Below are positions 1 to 13,359 of a stretch of DNA of 64,000 nucleotides, piece after piece (positions within the stretch are counted from its first letter, which is position 1; each line of letters opens with the position of its first letter). The notes under the pieces were generated by a model. It made no database searches and was not told where the DNA came from. It saw nothing but the letters and a program-made list of their open reading frames with translations. Source of the stretch: Phyllobates terribilis. Lineage: Eukaryota. Made by a program: the position numbers and the translations under genes. The DNA lies in contig NW_027362770.1 of the NCBI RefSeq assembly GCF_046119375.1, positions 161,944,001 to 162,008,000 on the forward strand. Direction: 5' to 3'.

Positions 1-131
1 ATTAAGAAGGTATGGCTCTGTGCGCAGACGATGAAATTTTCTGTTTTCCTCCCGCCAAAAAACTATTATGTCGCAAAGGCCAAAACTGTATTCCAATCTT
101 AGTCCGATTTATATGGCCACCTGACTGCATC

Positions 132-1900
132 AGTAGGGGAAGAAAAAAATCCTTCCTGACTCCATATAGGGCAATCAGATTTGTCCTCTGGATCAACGCC
201 CCATCACAGACTCTACTGCCGATAAACTAATATATTTCAAGAAAGGCATCCAGGCCCTGCTTGAATTTTAAGTGGTGAATCAACCATTACATCGTGTGGC
301 AGAGAGTTCCATAGTCTCACTGCTGTTACAGTAAAGAATCCATAGTCTCACTGCTGTTACAGTAAAGAATCCATAGTCTCACTGCTCTTACAGTAAAGAA
401 TCCATAGTCTCGCTGCTCTTATAGTAAAGAATCCAGTCTCACTGCTCTTACAGTAAAGAATCCATAGTCTCTGCTCCTATAGTAAGGAATCCATAGTCTC
501 ACTACTCTTACATTAAATAATCCATAGTCTCACTGCTAGTACAGTAAAGAATCTATAGTCTCACTACTTACAGTAAAGAATCCATAGTCTCACTGCTCGT
601 ACTGTAAAGAATCTATAGTCTCACTGCTCTTACAGTAAGGAATCCATAGTCTCACTGTTCTTTCAGTAAAGAATCCATAGTCTCACTGCTCATTCAGTAA
701 AGAATCCATAGTCTCACTACTCTTACATTATTTAATCCATAGTCTCACTGCTCTTACAGTAAAGAATCTATAGTCTCACTTCTCTAACAGTAAAGAATCT
801 ATAGTCTCGCTGCTCTTTCAGTAAAGAATCCATAGTCTTAGTGCTCCTATAGTAAGGAATCCATAGTCTCACTGCTCTTACAGTAAAGAATCCATAGTCT
901 CACTGCTCTTTCAGTAAAGAATCCATAGTCTCACTACTCTTACATTAAATAATCCATAGTCTCGCTGCTCTTTCAGTAAAGAATCCATAGTCTCGCTGCT
1001 CTTTCAGTAAAGAGTCCATAGTCTCACTGCTCTTACAGTAAAGAATCCATAGTCTCACTGCTCTTACAGTAAAGAATCCATAGTCTCACTACTCTTACAG
1101 TAAAGAATCCATAGTCTCAGTGCTCCTATAGTAAGGAATTCATAGTCTCACTGCTCGTACAGTAAAGAATCTATAGTCTCACTGCTCATACAGTAAAGAA
1201 TCTATAGTCTCACTGCTCTTACAGTAAGGAATCCATAGTCTCACTGCTCTTTCAGTAAAGAATCCATAGTCTCAGTGCTCCTATAGTAAGGAATCCATAG
1301 TCTCACTGCTCTTACATTAAATAATCCATAGTCTCACTGCTCTTACAGTAAAGAATCTATAGTCTCACTGCTCTTACAGTAAAGAATCTATATTCTCACT
1401 GCTCATACAGTAAAGAATCCATAGTCTCACTTTTTGTATTACAGTAAAGAATCCATAGTCTCACTGTCCTTACAGTAAGGAATCCATAGTCTCACTGCTC
1501 ATACAGTGAAGAATCCAAAGTCTCACTGCTCGCACAGTAAAGAATTTATAGTCTCACTGCTCATACAGTAAAGAATCCATAGTCTCACTGCTCTTACAGT
1601 AAGGAATCCATAGTCTCACTGCTCTTTCAGTAAAGAATCCACAGTCTCACTGCTCATACAGTAAAGAATCCATAGTCTCACTGCTCGTACAGTAAAGAAT
1701 CCATAGTCTCACTGCTTGTACAGTAAAGAATCCATAATCTCACTGCTCGTACAGTAAAGAATCCATAGTCTCACTGCTCGTACAAAGGAATCATAGTCTC
1801 ACTGCTCTTCCAGTAAATAATCTCCATCTGTGATTGATTAAACTTTATGTCCTATAGCTGCAGATCATGCCCCTTTGTCCCCCAGTTGTTAACCCAAAGG
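132..1900 (-). mobile_element. CR1-clade LINE 3' fragment (end of ORF2 plus 3' UTR), interrupted by a minisatellite
   Basis: Reverse complement of 241-340 reads FFTVTAVRLWNSLPHDVMVDS..FKQGLDAFLE (one frameshift), the CR1 ORF2 C-terminal motif. Degenerate upstream CR1-like sequence resumes after 1815. Confidence 0.75.
310..1815. repeat. 31-bp minisatellite (CATAGTCTCACTGCTCTTACAGTAAAGAATC)n, about 48 copies
   Basis: Period 31 read directly (CATAG at 310, 341, ...), with small variants. Confidence 0.97.
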
Positions 1901-2549
1901 GGTTGAATTAAAAGTTCCCTCCTCTCCTGTCCAGCCGTTATCCGCACTTACAGCTGATGGGCCAGGATTCACTGCTGAACAACAGAGAATCTGCATGGCC
2001 ACAACAATCGGACTCATTAGCACTAGTGTCTGGACTCCTGACTACTATGCTACAGTATGGGACCTTGTTCAGACGTCAGTATTTTTCACATGCTCGGGGG
2101 GCGCAGTGAGGAGCCGCACCTTCCTGCCTGTCTTGGCTCTGGCATGGACATGGCACCATCATCATCATCGCTACTTGTCCATACCAAGGAAAGGCAGAGC
2201 AGGCGCGGTTCCTCAGCTCCTCATGACTCTTGGGTGGCCATTGAGGGAACTGAAAATGGGGCACCTAGCTGGGAGGCAGCGACAGCAGAAAGGACTAATA
2301 TTGGGGATTTAGGGTCCGGTGAACACAAGTTTTCAAGTGTTGATCGGGGGATTTCTGACAGGTGGGACCAGAACCGATCAGCATAGCGAGGTACTTTCAT
2401 CCCTGCTAGCTTGGAGAGGCAGTGAGCATGTTCGACTGCCGCTCCCTTCATTCTCTATGGGGCTGCTGAGCGCTGCACTCTGTTTTTCCTGGAAGCCCCC
2501 TAGAGAATGAATAGAGCGGAGATCGAGAATCCGACCCACCCCTCCATTC

Positions 2550-2734
2550 TAAGGACGCGGTCAGACGGCCGTATAAATCGGGACACAGTGCCTGGACTGG
2601 CCGGCGGCTCTACCTACTCGAGCTGCATAGAAATACATGGAGCTGTCACGCTCAGGTCGGGAGACCCGCCGGCCAGTCCGGGCACTGCGTTATGATCTCG
2701 CTTCGATTTATATGGCCGTCTGACTGCGCCTTTA
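2550..2734. mobile_element. PIF/Harbinger-like MITE
   Basis: Imperfect TIRs GGACGCGGTCAGACGGCCGTATAAATCG / CGATTTATATGGCCGTCTGACTGCGCC with TAA/TTA flanks; a related right end lies at about 100-131. Confidence 0.55.
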
Positions 2735-3284
2735 CAGGGATTAACGTTCACTGAATTGACAATCGATGCGACTGACGTAGGCCCTGAATAATAATGCTAA
2801 TGGCATCCAGCAATTATGCGGTGGGGGGGCCGGATCGGCGTTGGAAAGGGGTGACATTCCCCATTTCCAACCTTTTAAATGCCGTGGTTAAGATTAACAT
2901 CACCATCTAAGAGGTTAAACTGTAATGGGATCCGGCTCCATTCTCACAACTTAGATCTGGGTGCCGGCTGTAGAACACAGTGCGCGCCTGAACCCATGCC
3001 ATACACTCCGTACAATGCACAGCTTCCAACATGTCCCTGTAATCGTAACGACCTGCACAACACAGATATCAGATTATTTACGGGGATCAGTAAATGGCGT
3101 GATCGTTTTTTTTTTTTTTATTTATTAAACCCATAAAAAAAATGTAATAAAAATAGAACGCTTAGGCTGTGTTCACATACAACTGAAATGCTGTGTTTTT
3201 TTTTTTTTTTCCCTGCACGCTTTCAGCAGGTGTTCGCACTAGAACCAGGGTAGGCCATCAATGTAAAAGTAGTGGACAACCCCT

Positions 3285-4139
3285 TTAACCCCTTCACCAC
3301 TTGACGTAAACGTACTGCCTGGGATGCGGGTTCCCTATCCACTGCTATGTATAAGATGATCGCAGCTTCAAGTTCCCTAAGGGGACTATTAAATACAGTA
3401 AAAAGTGAGGATAAAGTTTTTAAAAATATGAAAAAAAACAGTACAGAAAAGTTCAAATCACCCCTCGTTTTCCCCAAATAAAAATAAAACAATAAATAAA
3501 ATATAAATATATTTGGTATCGCCGCGTTCGTAAAAGTTCGATCTATAAAAATATAAAATAAATTAATCCGGTCGGTAAACGGCGTAAGGAAAAAAAAAAT
3601 CAGAACGCCAGAATACATTTTTTTTTGGTCGCCATAAAATGCAATAATGGGCGATCAAAACATCGGATCTACCCCAAAATGGTATCAGTAAAAACGTCAG
3701 CTCAGATCGCAAAAAATAAGCCCTCACCCGGCCCCAGATCCCGAAAAATGGAGACGCTAGTGGTCTTGGAAAATGGCGCCATAATTCAATTTTTTTTTTA
3801 CTAATTTGCGAATTTTTTTCACTACTTAAATAAGAAAGAACCTCTACATGTTTGGTGTCTGCGAACTCGTAATGACCTGGAGAATAATAATGGCCGGTCA
3901 GTTTTACCATACAGTGAACGTGGAAAGAAAAAAAGCAAAAAAACTGTTGTGGAATTGCACTTTTTTTTTGTAATTTCACCGCACTTTGAATTTTTTTGCC
4001 GTTTATCAGTACATTATTTAGTGTCGTTCAAAAGTACAACTCATCCCGCAAAAAAACAAGCGCCTGTACGGCCATATTGGCGAAAAAATAAAAAACTTAT
4101 ACCGAAAAATGGAAAATGGCTGCGGCGTGAAGGGGTTAA
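3285..4139. mobile_element. piggyBac-like non-autonomous element
   Basis: TTAA-CCCCTTCAC (3285-3297) ... GTGAAGGGG-TTAA (4127-4139): TTAA TSD with CCC-start TIRs. A fragment of the same family lies inverted at about 12130-12400. Confidence 0.75.
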
Positions 4140-4339
4140 GAAGATTTATGGTAAAAAAAATAAACTCTTTTCATGATTTACTGCCTCCTTTCACCATTTA
4201 TAGGATATAAACAAATATTTCTGACAAAAAAAGGTAAAAAGGAACAAAAGAAAAAGGAAATTGTTGTCATAGGAACTGAAATCTACGGGTAGCTAAAAGG
4301 GACAAAATACCTTACAGTCGTTCTGCAGGAAGCGTCACC

Positions 4340-4425
4340 GCGTCACGTGTCAAGCCTTCAGCCAATCATTCGCCGAAGAGGGCGGAGTTTCTCCCAAGTG
4401 TCATGGCGGCCTCCAGGATTGGTTG
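4340..4425 (+). promoter_or_regulatory. SAMM50 proximal promoter (E-box, CCAAT, GC box)
   Basis: GTCACGTG (CACGTG 4344-4349), CCAATC about 4362, GGGCGGAG 4380-4387 and ATTGG 4418-4422 in CpG-rich sequence 60-140 bp upstream of the ATG. Confidence 0.6.
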
Positions 4426-4482
4426 TTAGTCCGGGGGGTCATCGAGGCAGCTGCTAGCGGGGACGGACAGAGACCCGGAGAG

Positions 4483-6221
4483 ATGGGGACGGTGCACGCT
4501 CGGGTGAGGCCCGGAACATTGTATATGGCTGTTATATATGGCCGAGCAGTGTATTGAGGCCTGTGGGGTATATGGAGACATGGAGGGGTATTAGTATAGG
4601 GCAGTTCCTGGGTGGAGCAATATGGCCGCCATTGGGGGGTTTCAGCTCACATTTCCTATTTTCTTTATTACCTGGAATGAAAAGTGGAAATAGTCTTATT
4701 TTTGTTGTTGTGGGGGATGGTGTTTCCATAGTAACACAGTGTTGTGACTGCTGCAAGGCCGGGGACAGTCCGGTCACTGGGATTTCCCACCTTCATAATG
4801 TTCTAAATAACCTAAATTGTCAGTCCGCAAACCCCTTTAAGGATGCACCTCCCTTCTAAGTAAAATCAATGCACTTTACAAAGGAAAACCACATAGTTCT
4901 GCAGGGAAGCTGCATACCCAAAACGGTATTTTTTTTTATTGTTATTATTTGCAAAGTAACACTTTTTAGGACTTTTAACGGCTCATCAGGACTTGTCAGA
5001 AGTTTGGTCCGGGTGCTATGACCCCCCGCTGATTGCTGAAACAAAGGGGTGGAGAATGCGCTCTCCTCTCAGTCTTTGTGGATTTTCTATGAGTTTTTCT
5101 ACCCTCCTGCCTCTTCTTTTTGGGGGCCAGATCCCCACCATTAAAACCATTTATGATTTATCTTTAGAGGATATTCACACACTTATATTATTTGGGGGGC
5201 GGAAAATTCTTCTTCTAAAAAAAATCAAAAGTTTTGAAAAACTTAAAAACTCAGCAATTTTTTTTGTGACTGCAGTTATTTTTTTAGTAAAAAGAATCTA
5301 CTACCGTCTTGTGGATGCAGCTCCTGTTCAGATTGATGTGTCTCCATGGTAACCAACTACTTAAAAACCCTGTGTAGTCGTCCGATCTGTCAGTAATGTT
5401 CATTCCTCCATAGTTGCACACCCTTTTGGGAGATGTGACGGATCAGAGCATGCCGCTAATGTTCATTCCTCCAAAGTTGCAGAAGTATACACACCCTTTT
5501 GAGAGTTTTCTCGGATGTGACAGATTCTGCAGGGCATGTCACTAATGTTCATTCCTCCCTAGTTGCAGAAGTCTACACACCCTTCTGGGATATTTCTCGG
5601 ATGTGATGGATCAGGGCTTGCTGTTAATATTCATTCCTCCCTGGTTGCAGAAGTCTGCACACCCTTCGGGGAGATTTCTCGGATGTGACGGACCAGGGCA
5701 TGTCGCTAATGTTAATTCCTCCCTAGTTGCAAAAGTCTACACACCCTTCTGGGAGATTTATCGGACCAGGACATGTCATTAATGTTAATTTCTCCCTTGT
5801 TGCAGAAGTCTACGGATCAGGACACGTCGCTAATGTTCATTCCTTTTCAGAGTTTGGATCCTCTTCCTATGGACGGGCCGGATTTTGGATCTGGAAGTGA
5901 GGACGGTGATCTGGTAGAAGTGGAGCCGCAAAAGAAGCAGGAAATCTTAGAAAATAAAGATGTGAGTGTGTGAAAGATCGACCCCCTTAACACCCGGGGA
6001 GCCCCAAATACATCCCTTTGCTCCATAGGAGGAGACCAGCGCTATAACAATGTGATAATTAGGGGCAGATTAGTATGAGAACAGCCGGGATCAAAACTTT
6101 CTCCAGTCCCGTGCATCAGTGCTGGAGAGCGGCTCCATCCTCCTGCGATCGATCGCTCTGCCCGATCACCATCACATGCATTGTCAGTGTGGGAAGGGGT
6201 TAAAAATTAAAGGGCTGCCCC

Positions 6222-6305
<84 letters not shown>

Positions 6306-9300
6306 TTTTCAGGTCGTGGTTCAGCGCGTTCACTTCGAAGGTCTGGGAAGGACAAAAGACGACCTGGTCATGTCCGAGATCGCCGACGTCTTCAAGGCGA
6401 AGAATCTTATTGATGTTAGTGGAGGAGGGAGTGATATTTCGGTTTTATGTCGGTCTCGACACCAATTTTGATGTTTCTTAGGTGATGAGGAAATCGCACG
6501 AGGCCCGAGACAAGCTCCTCCGGATGGGAATATTCAGACAAGTGGAGGTTTTAGTGGATACCTGCCAAGGTGAGCGCATGGGAGAATAAGAGACGGTGCC
6601 CTCTGCTGGTCAGTATCAGTATGTGTACACTGTCACCAGCAGGGGGAGCTAGATAATATAGAAATAAGCCGGAGACCCTAGTTATAATTTAACCCCGTAA
6701 TAATTTTATACCCCTCTAGATGACGATGCTCTTCCCAATGGCCTGGACGTCACCTTCGAAGTCAACGAGCTACGAAGGTTAACCGGAAGTTATAACACGA
6801 TGGTCGGCAACAATGAAGGCAGCATGGTACGATACGGTCTGTGCCGATCCTCCTGGAAAATTTAGGAATAAAGTGTCACCTGCAGGGGGCGCTACGAGTT
6901 GGGGTTATCTTCCTACAAAGAGCCTGTACCTAAATCTTTGACTTTTTTTTTTTTTTAAAGGTTCTTGGACTCAAATTGCCCAACCTGTTTGGTCGCGCTG
7001 AAAAGATGACGTTCCAGTTCTCGTACGGGACCAAGGAGACGTCATACGGTTTGTCCTTCTTCAAGCCGCAAGTCGGGAACTTTGAAAGGAAGTAAGGATC
7101 GGCTTCATCCGCTGATGATTATCAGAATTTACGGTGGGGGGGTTTATTAAAAGGGGTTTACCTATGATTAGGGGGTAGGTTACCAGCACCTGTACCCCAT
7201 GTAGTGGCCATTCTCGGTACTGCAGTTAAAGTGAATGTGACCTGCAGTACCAAGGACTGCCACTACACGGTGTACATTGCTGTACACCAGGGATGTCAAA
7301 CTCAAACACACAGAGGGCCAAAGTGAAAAACTTGGACAAAATCGCGGGCCAAGCGGTATACAGTATAATAGGCCCCACATAGTCCTCCATACAGTATAAT
7401 GGGCCCCACATAGTCCTCCATACAGTATAATGGGCCCCACATAGTCCTCCATACAGTATAATGGGCCCCACATAGTCCTCCATACAGTATAATGGGCCCC
7501 ACATAGTCCTCCATACAGAATAATGCACCCCACATAGTCCTCCATACAGAATAATGAGCCCCACATAGTCCTCCATACAGTATAATGGGCCCCACATAGT
7601 CCTCCATACAGTATAATGGGCCCCACATAATCCTCCATACAGAATAATGAGCCCCATTTAGTCCTCCATACAGTATAATGGGCCCCACATAGTCCTCCAT
7701 ACAGTATAATGGGCCCCACATAGTCCTCCATACAGAATAATGAGCCCCACATAGTCCTCCATACAGAATAATGAGCCCCACATAGTCCTCCATACAGTAT
7801 AATGGGCCCCACATAGTCCTCCATACAGTATAATGGGCCCCACATAGTCCTCCATACAGAATAATGAGCCCCACATAGTCCTCCATACAGAATAATGGGC
7901 CCCACATAGTCCTCCATACAGAATAATGGGCCCCACATAGTCCTCCATACAGTATAATGGGCCCCACATAGTCCTCCATACAGTATAATGGGCCCCACAT
8001 AGTCCTCCATACAGAATAATGGGCCCCACATAGTCCTCCATACAGAATAATGGGCCCCACATAGTCCTCCATACAGAATAATGGGCCCCACATAGTCCTC
8101 CATACAGAATAATGGGCCCCACATAGTCCTCCATACAGAATAATGGGCCCCACATAGTCCTCCATACAGAATAATGAGCCCCACATAGTCCTCCATACAG
8201 AATAATGGGCCCCACATAGTCCTCCATACAGAATAATGGGCCCCACATAGTCCTCCATACAGTATAATGGGCCCCACATAGTCCTCCATACAGAATAATG
8301 GGCCCCACATCGTCCTCCATACAGAATAATGGGCCCCACATAGTTCTCCATACAGAATAATGGGCCCCACATAGTCCTCCATACAGAATAATGGGCCCCA
8401 CATAGTCCTCCATACAGAATAATGAGCCCCACATAGTCCTCCATACAGAATAATGAGCCCCACATAGTCCTCCATACAGAATAATGGACCCCACATAGTC
8501 CTCCATACAGAATAATGAGCCCCACATAGTCCTCCATACAGTATAATGGGCCCCACATAGTCCTCCATACAGAATAATGAGCCCCACATAGTCCTCCATA
8601 CAGAATAATGGACCCCACATAGTCCTCCATACAGTATAATGGGCCCCACATAGTCCTCCATACAGAATAATGGACCCCACATAGTCCTCCATACAGAATA
8701 ATGAGCCCCACATAGTCCTCCATACAGAATAATGAGCCCCACATAGTCCTCCATACAGAATAATGGACCCCACATAGTCCTCCATACAGTATAATGGGCC
8801 CCACATAGTCCTCCATACAGAATAATGGACCCCACATAGTCCTCCATACAGAATAATGAGCCCCACATAGTCCTCCATACAGTATAATGGGCCCCACATA
8901 GTCCTCCATACAGAATAATGGGCCCCACATAGTCCTCCATACAGAATAATGCGCCCCACATAGTCCTCCATACAGAATAATGGACCCCACATAGTCCTCC
9001 ATACAGTATAATGGCCCCACATAGTCCTCCGTACAGCATAATGGGGCCCCGCGTAGTCCTCCGTGCAGCATAATGGGGCCCCGCGTAGTCCTCCGTGCAG
9101 CATAATGGGGCCCCGCGTAGTCCTCCGTGCAGCATAATGGGGCCCCGCGTAGTCCTCCATACAATTAAATTTGCCAGTGGTCACGCTGCCCTCTTGTGTT
9201 TAATTTGCGACTTTTTTTTTACAATTAAATAGTGTTTCAAATCTGTTAATAAATCCCCCTTGTCATCTGTTCTCCTCCTTCTCTCCGTGCAGTTTCTGCT

Positions 9301-12300
9301 TCAATCTGTACAAAGTGACCGGACAGTTCCCCTGGAGTTCGCTGCGAGAGACCGACCGCGGCCTGTCAGCTGAAGTCAATGTATGGAAAATAATTAATAG
9401 AGTCGGGGGAGAGGACCTGGGTTCATTATTAGCGAAATTAGATTGCCCAGGATTAAATGTGTAAATAAATATAGCGCCACAGTCGATCACAGGTTGCCTT
9501 ATGGTATTGCAACTCAGACTTCACAATCCTGTACATCTCCATTCGTTATAGTTTCCAATATGGAAGACCAGCCACACCTTGAAGTGGGAGGGAGTCTGGA
9601 GAGAACTCGGCTGTTTAGCAAGAACCGCGTCGTTTGCCATCCGGGAGGAAAGTGGTCACTCGCTGAAGTCTTCTCTCTCGGTGAGAAGTCTTGTCTTCCA
9701 TTCACATGAGACGGAGGCTTTGATGCTGCGGTGATGGCGGCACATGAGACCGCTGCAGCCAAACACGGGTGCCCCCCCATATATCTGACTATAGGGGAGG
9801 GGGGGAGGAGGGGGTCGGGGCTTTTCTAAATTGACTTTTTTTTTTCTGTTTTAATTCACAGCATTCAATGATGATTGATTCCCGCAATTCTACAATCCTG
9901 CCAAAGAGGGGCGCCTTACTGAAAATCAACCAGGTGACGCCATCTTCTACCAATAGCCCTAAGCTTGACTATGATGTACTATAGAGGGGGATATCCAGTA
10001 ATGTGAAATCTCTGGGGGGTATCGAAGGGGTCTGAGCGCTGTATACAGGCCTTGGGGTTGTAGAAACCATTCCCAGTCCAAGACCAATATATCTGTATAC
10101 GGTACATATACTATCAGTCTGTCTGTGCTCTGCAGGAGCTGGCCGGGTACACCGGAGGGGACGTCAGCTTCTTAAAGGAAGACTTTGAACTGCAAATAAA
10201 CAAGCGGCTGGCGTGGGACTCGGTGAGATGTTACAGACTAATGAAAGCTGCCTTTGTTTTTCTTGATGTTCCAGTAACTCATGGTATATGTGGATGTATA
10301 GAACAGGCTCTGTGGCTGGGCCCGCGGCGCTCCCTCTGTGGCTGGGCCCGCGGCGCTCCCTCTGTGGCTGGGCCCGCGGCGCTCCCTCTGTGGCTGGGCC
10401 CGCGGCGCTCCCTCTGTGGCTGGGCCCGCGGCGCTCCCTCTGTGGCTGGGCCCGCGGCGCTCCCTCTGTGGCTGGGCCCGCGGCGCTCCCTCTGTGGCTG
10501 GGCCCGCGGCGCTCCCTCTGTGGCTGGGCCCACGGCGCTCCCTCTGTGGCTGGGCCCGCGGCGCTCCCTCTGTGGCTGGGCCCGCGGCGCTCCCTCTGTG
10601 GCTGGGCCCACGTCATACAGCCAGCACCTACCTTTGACAGCAGTGACCGGAGCAAGCTCCTTATCACTGCTGTTTATCTATGTAGATGGGTTACCATTGG
10701 ATTCGGGTGTCTCCTGAAGATCTATCCCATCACTGCCATCTTTGTAGTCCCATCTCGTGGCTAGGCTTAATAGCAGATCACTTTTTTTTTACTATATCCA
10801 TAATACTGAAGTATTGCAGTATATAGTAAGTGGTCAAACAAAATTAAAAAGTAAAAAAAAAAAAAAGTGAAAATGATTTAGCAAATGTCATTAAAAATAT
10901 TTAAATCTAAATGTTTGGATCAACCGCACATCCCCCTTTACCCAATCCGAAAAAAAAAAAAATTAGATAAAATGAATCCATAAGATAAAAGGCGAAAAAG
11001 GAAAAAAAAAATCAAAATGCCAGAATTGCTGTTTTTTGGTCATCATCATCTTGCATTTCCCAAAAACTGAATAAAAAGCAACTGAAAAATTAAGACTGTG
11101 ACCGGTAAAGTATTTTATTGCACACAGACACTGAACATACCTTACTGATCGCTAATAGATGGGGAGATTAAAAAAAACCAAACTGCACTGATACGTTAAA
11201 AAATAAAGCTACCTGCAGCCACCACTAGAGGGAGCTTTATTGAAGGGAGATATTATTGTATCTCAGCTCCACCTAGTGGCAGTTCTGGAATTTTACAACA
11301 CTGTGTGCTGGAAACAAAAGTATAAATATGGACATTTTATTGTATTTTTTAGTTGCCCAGTTAATGAGTGGTGTATAATACGTGGCTCTTGCTGTAGGTG
11401 CTGTCCACTTCTCTCTGGGGCGGGATGCTGGTTCCTCTTGGAGATAGGCCGTCCAGTATTGCAGATCGGTGTGTAAAAGAGGGAACCACCTGCTTGGTCA
11501 ATGTCTAATATTATTATTATTATAGTGTTTAATCACCATTTATATTTTGTGTAAAGGTTTTATTTGGGAGGACCGACAAGTGTGCGGGGATTCAGTATGT
11601 ACAGCATCGGACCCCAGAGCGAAGGTCGGTACTTTTACATCAGATGACAGACGTGGGTTGGCTGCAACTAGGCTCCATGTTATTGATGATGATATTTGGT
11701 CTCTACGCTGTCCGTGCAGGTGACTATCTGGGCGGTGAAGCTTACTGGGCTGGGGGTGTCCATCTCTACACCCCATTACCCTTCCGTCCTGGCCGGGGCG
11801 GTTTTGGAGACCTCTTCAGGACACATTTCTTCCTTAATGCTGGAAACCTCTGCAACCTGAACTATGGTAAGGAGAACGTACAGAGGACGGGAGAACATAT
11901 AGAGGACGAGAGAACGTATAGAGGACTAATCTTATTGTGTTTCTTCATTCGCAGGCGAGGGCCCCCGAGCTCACCTCCGCAGGCTGGCAGAGTGCATCCG
12001 CTGGTCTTATGGCGCGGGCATCGTGCTGCGACTGGGAAACATCGCTAGACTGGAACTAAATTACTGCATCCCCATGGGCGTCCAGAGCGGAGACCGGTAC
12101 GTAAGGGTAGCAGGTTACGGCAACTCCCATTTTTTTAATACCATTTTGGGGTAGATACGATGTTTTGATCGCCTGTTATTGCAACCACAAAATTGTAATT
12201 CTGGCGTTTTTTTTCTCTCGTTACGCCGTTTATCGATTAGATTAATTTACTTTATATTTTGATCGGTCATATCTGAATGCAACGATTCGAAATGTGTATA

Positions 12301-12614
12301 TTTTTTTAAAATTTAATATTTAATTAATTTATTTTTTAACTTTTATTAAATAGTCTCCTTAGGGGATTTGAAGCTGCGATTGTCTGAAACAATGAAACAT
12401 AGTTTGTTGATTAATTTTTTTTTTTTTTAAGTAATTTAAAAATATTCTTAACTAATTTCGACAAAAAAACCCACCAGAAATGTCAGCAGTTAATTTCCAC
12501 ATAAAGATGCGATTGATACTAGCAGCGTGGTCCCGTGTTATCCCCTTCACCCGTGTCCTCTCCTCTAGGATCTGTGACGGAGTGCAGTTCGGCGCCGGGA
12601 TCCGATTCCTGTAA
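4483..12614 (+). CDS. SAMM50: Sorting and assembly machinery component 50 (mitochondrial outer-membrane Omp85/BamA family), complete 15-exon CDS, 469 aa
   Basis: Exons: 4483-4503, 5851-5961, 6313-6414, 6482-6569, 6720-6826, 6961-7091, 9293-9380, 9552-9680, 9862-9933, 10136-10222, 11398-11468, 11557-11624, 11720-11866, 11955-12096, 12569-12614 (1410 nt, all GT-AG). Translation MGTVHAR-SLDPLP...[17 protein letters not shown]...[12 protein letters not shown]...[14 protein letters not shown] matches vertebrate SAM50, including the conserved VRGF loop motif. Confidence 0.98.
5393..5850 (+). repeat. Degenerate ~82-bp tandem repeat ending at the SAMM50 exon 2 acceptor
   Basis: Motif (C/T/G)TAATGTTCATTCCTCC(C)TAGTTGCAG recurs at 5393, 5456, 5542, 5624, 5706 and 5779; the last partial copy at 5830 forms the real acceptor. 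Confidence 0.85.
6225..6302. repeat. (AT)n microsatellite abutting the SAMM50 exon 3 acceptor
   Basis: Perfect AT run of about 77 bp followed by TTTTTTTTCAG. Confidence 0.97.
7288..9165 (+). mobile_element. hAT-like non-autonomous element (one TIR visible) carrying a 31-bp minisatellite (7365-9160), SAMM50 intron 6
   Basis: Starts CAGGGATGTCAAACTC (hAT-type TIR), then (CCCACATAGTCCTCCATACAG[T/A]ATAATG[G/A]GC)n with period 31; no matching right TIR found. Confidence 0.7.
10308..10612. repeat. 26-bp GC-rich minisatellite (TCCCTCTGTGGCTGGGCCCGCGGCGC)n, about 11-12 copies
   Basis: Near-perfect tandem copies in SAMM50 intron 10. Confidence 0.95.
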
Positions 12615-13359
12615 TTTTCGGACAAGTTTCACCGCAGAAAAAAAACCCAAAATCTCTTCACTATTTAAATCCGACATTTGGTTTTTGTTCTTGCTCCAAA
12701 GAAAAAAGTTCCTAAAGTTTCATGTATGTACTGAATTTTATGCACAGATTTTTCCCAATGGCCGCACTATTAAAAATTATGAAATAAGACCCTCTTGGAT
12801 GAATTTAAAGGGGTTGTCCAGGTCGGTAACGGAGGATGCATACGGTCTGGTAACATCATCACTGACATATCCACTGCGAAACCTGAATTATATACTAATC
12901 TGAGCTACTAAGTGATCAGTGAAGAAGGGTAAAGTAAGGGGGGGGTGGAGCATAAGTATATTGGAGAAGAGGTCTGGGAATAATATAGTCATGGATTTGA
13001 TATAATTAACTTTTAGTTATACCCAGCAATAGAAATGGTGAAAAAGAGGAGGACGGGGAAGCCTTGTGGGCACAGCTTGAAGGGGTTGTCCAGGGTTAGG
13101 GGGGAAGTGGGGGAGGGTGAATTAAAAAAAAATGGGCACTTTATTCCAACAGCTCCTCTACCTGGCCGTGGGTTGGGTGTAGTATTAAAGCACAGTTCGA
13201 TTGATTTCAATGGTTAGCTGCAATACCACACACAGCCAGGTGTGGCGCTGTTAGCAGAAAGCGGCTGAGGTTTTTCTGCTTCTGGATAATCCCTTTTAAT
13301 TAAAACCAGTCATAAGAAAACTGAAGATCACACAAAGCTGCAAAATCAATTTTTACAAT

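Noticed and set aside
310-9160. Common origin of the CR1-derived and hAT 31-mers (both contain CATAGTC and TACAGTA)
   Set aside because: The rest of the units do not align, and the first is fully explained by CR1 coding sequence.
7180-9184. Overlapping 500-650 aa ORFs ([30 protein letters not shown])
   Set aside because: Translations of a 31-bp minisatellite on the antisense strand of a SAMM50 intron; the same peptide appears in all three frames.
10164-10764. ORFs with [15 protein letters not shown] / [10 protein letters not shown] repeats
   Set aside because: Artefacts of the 26-bp VNTR.
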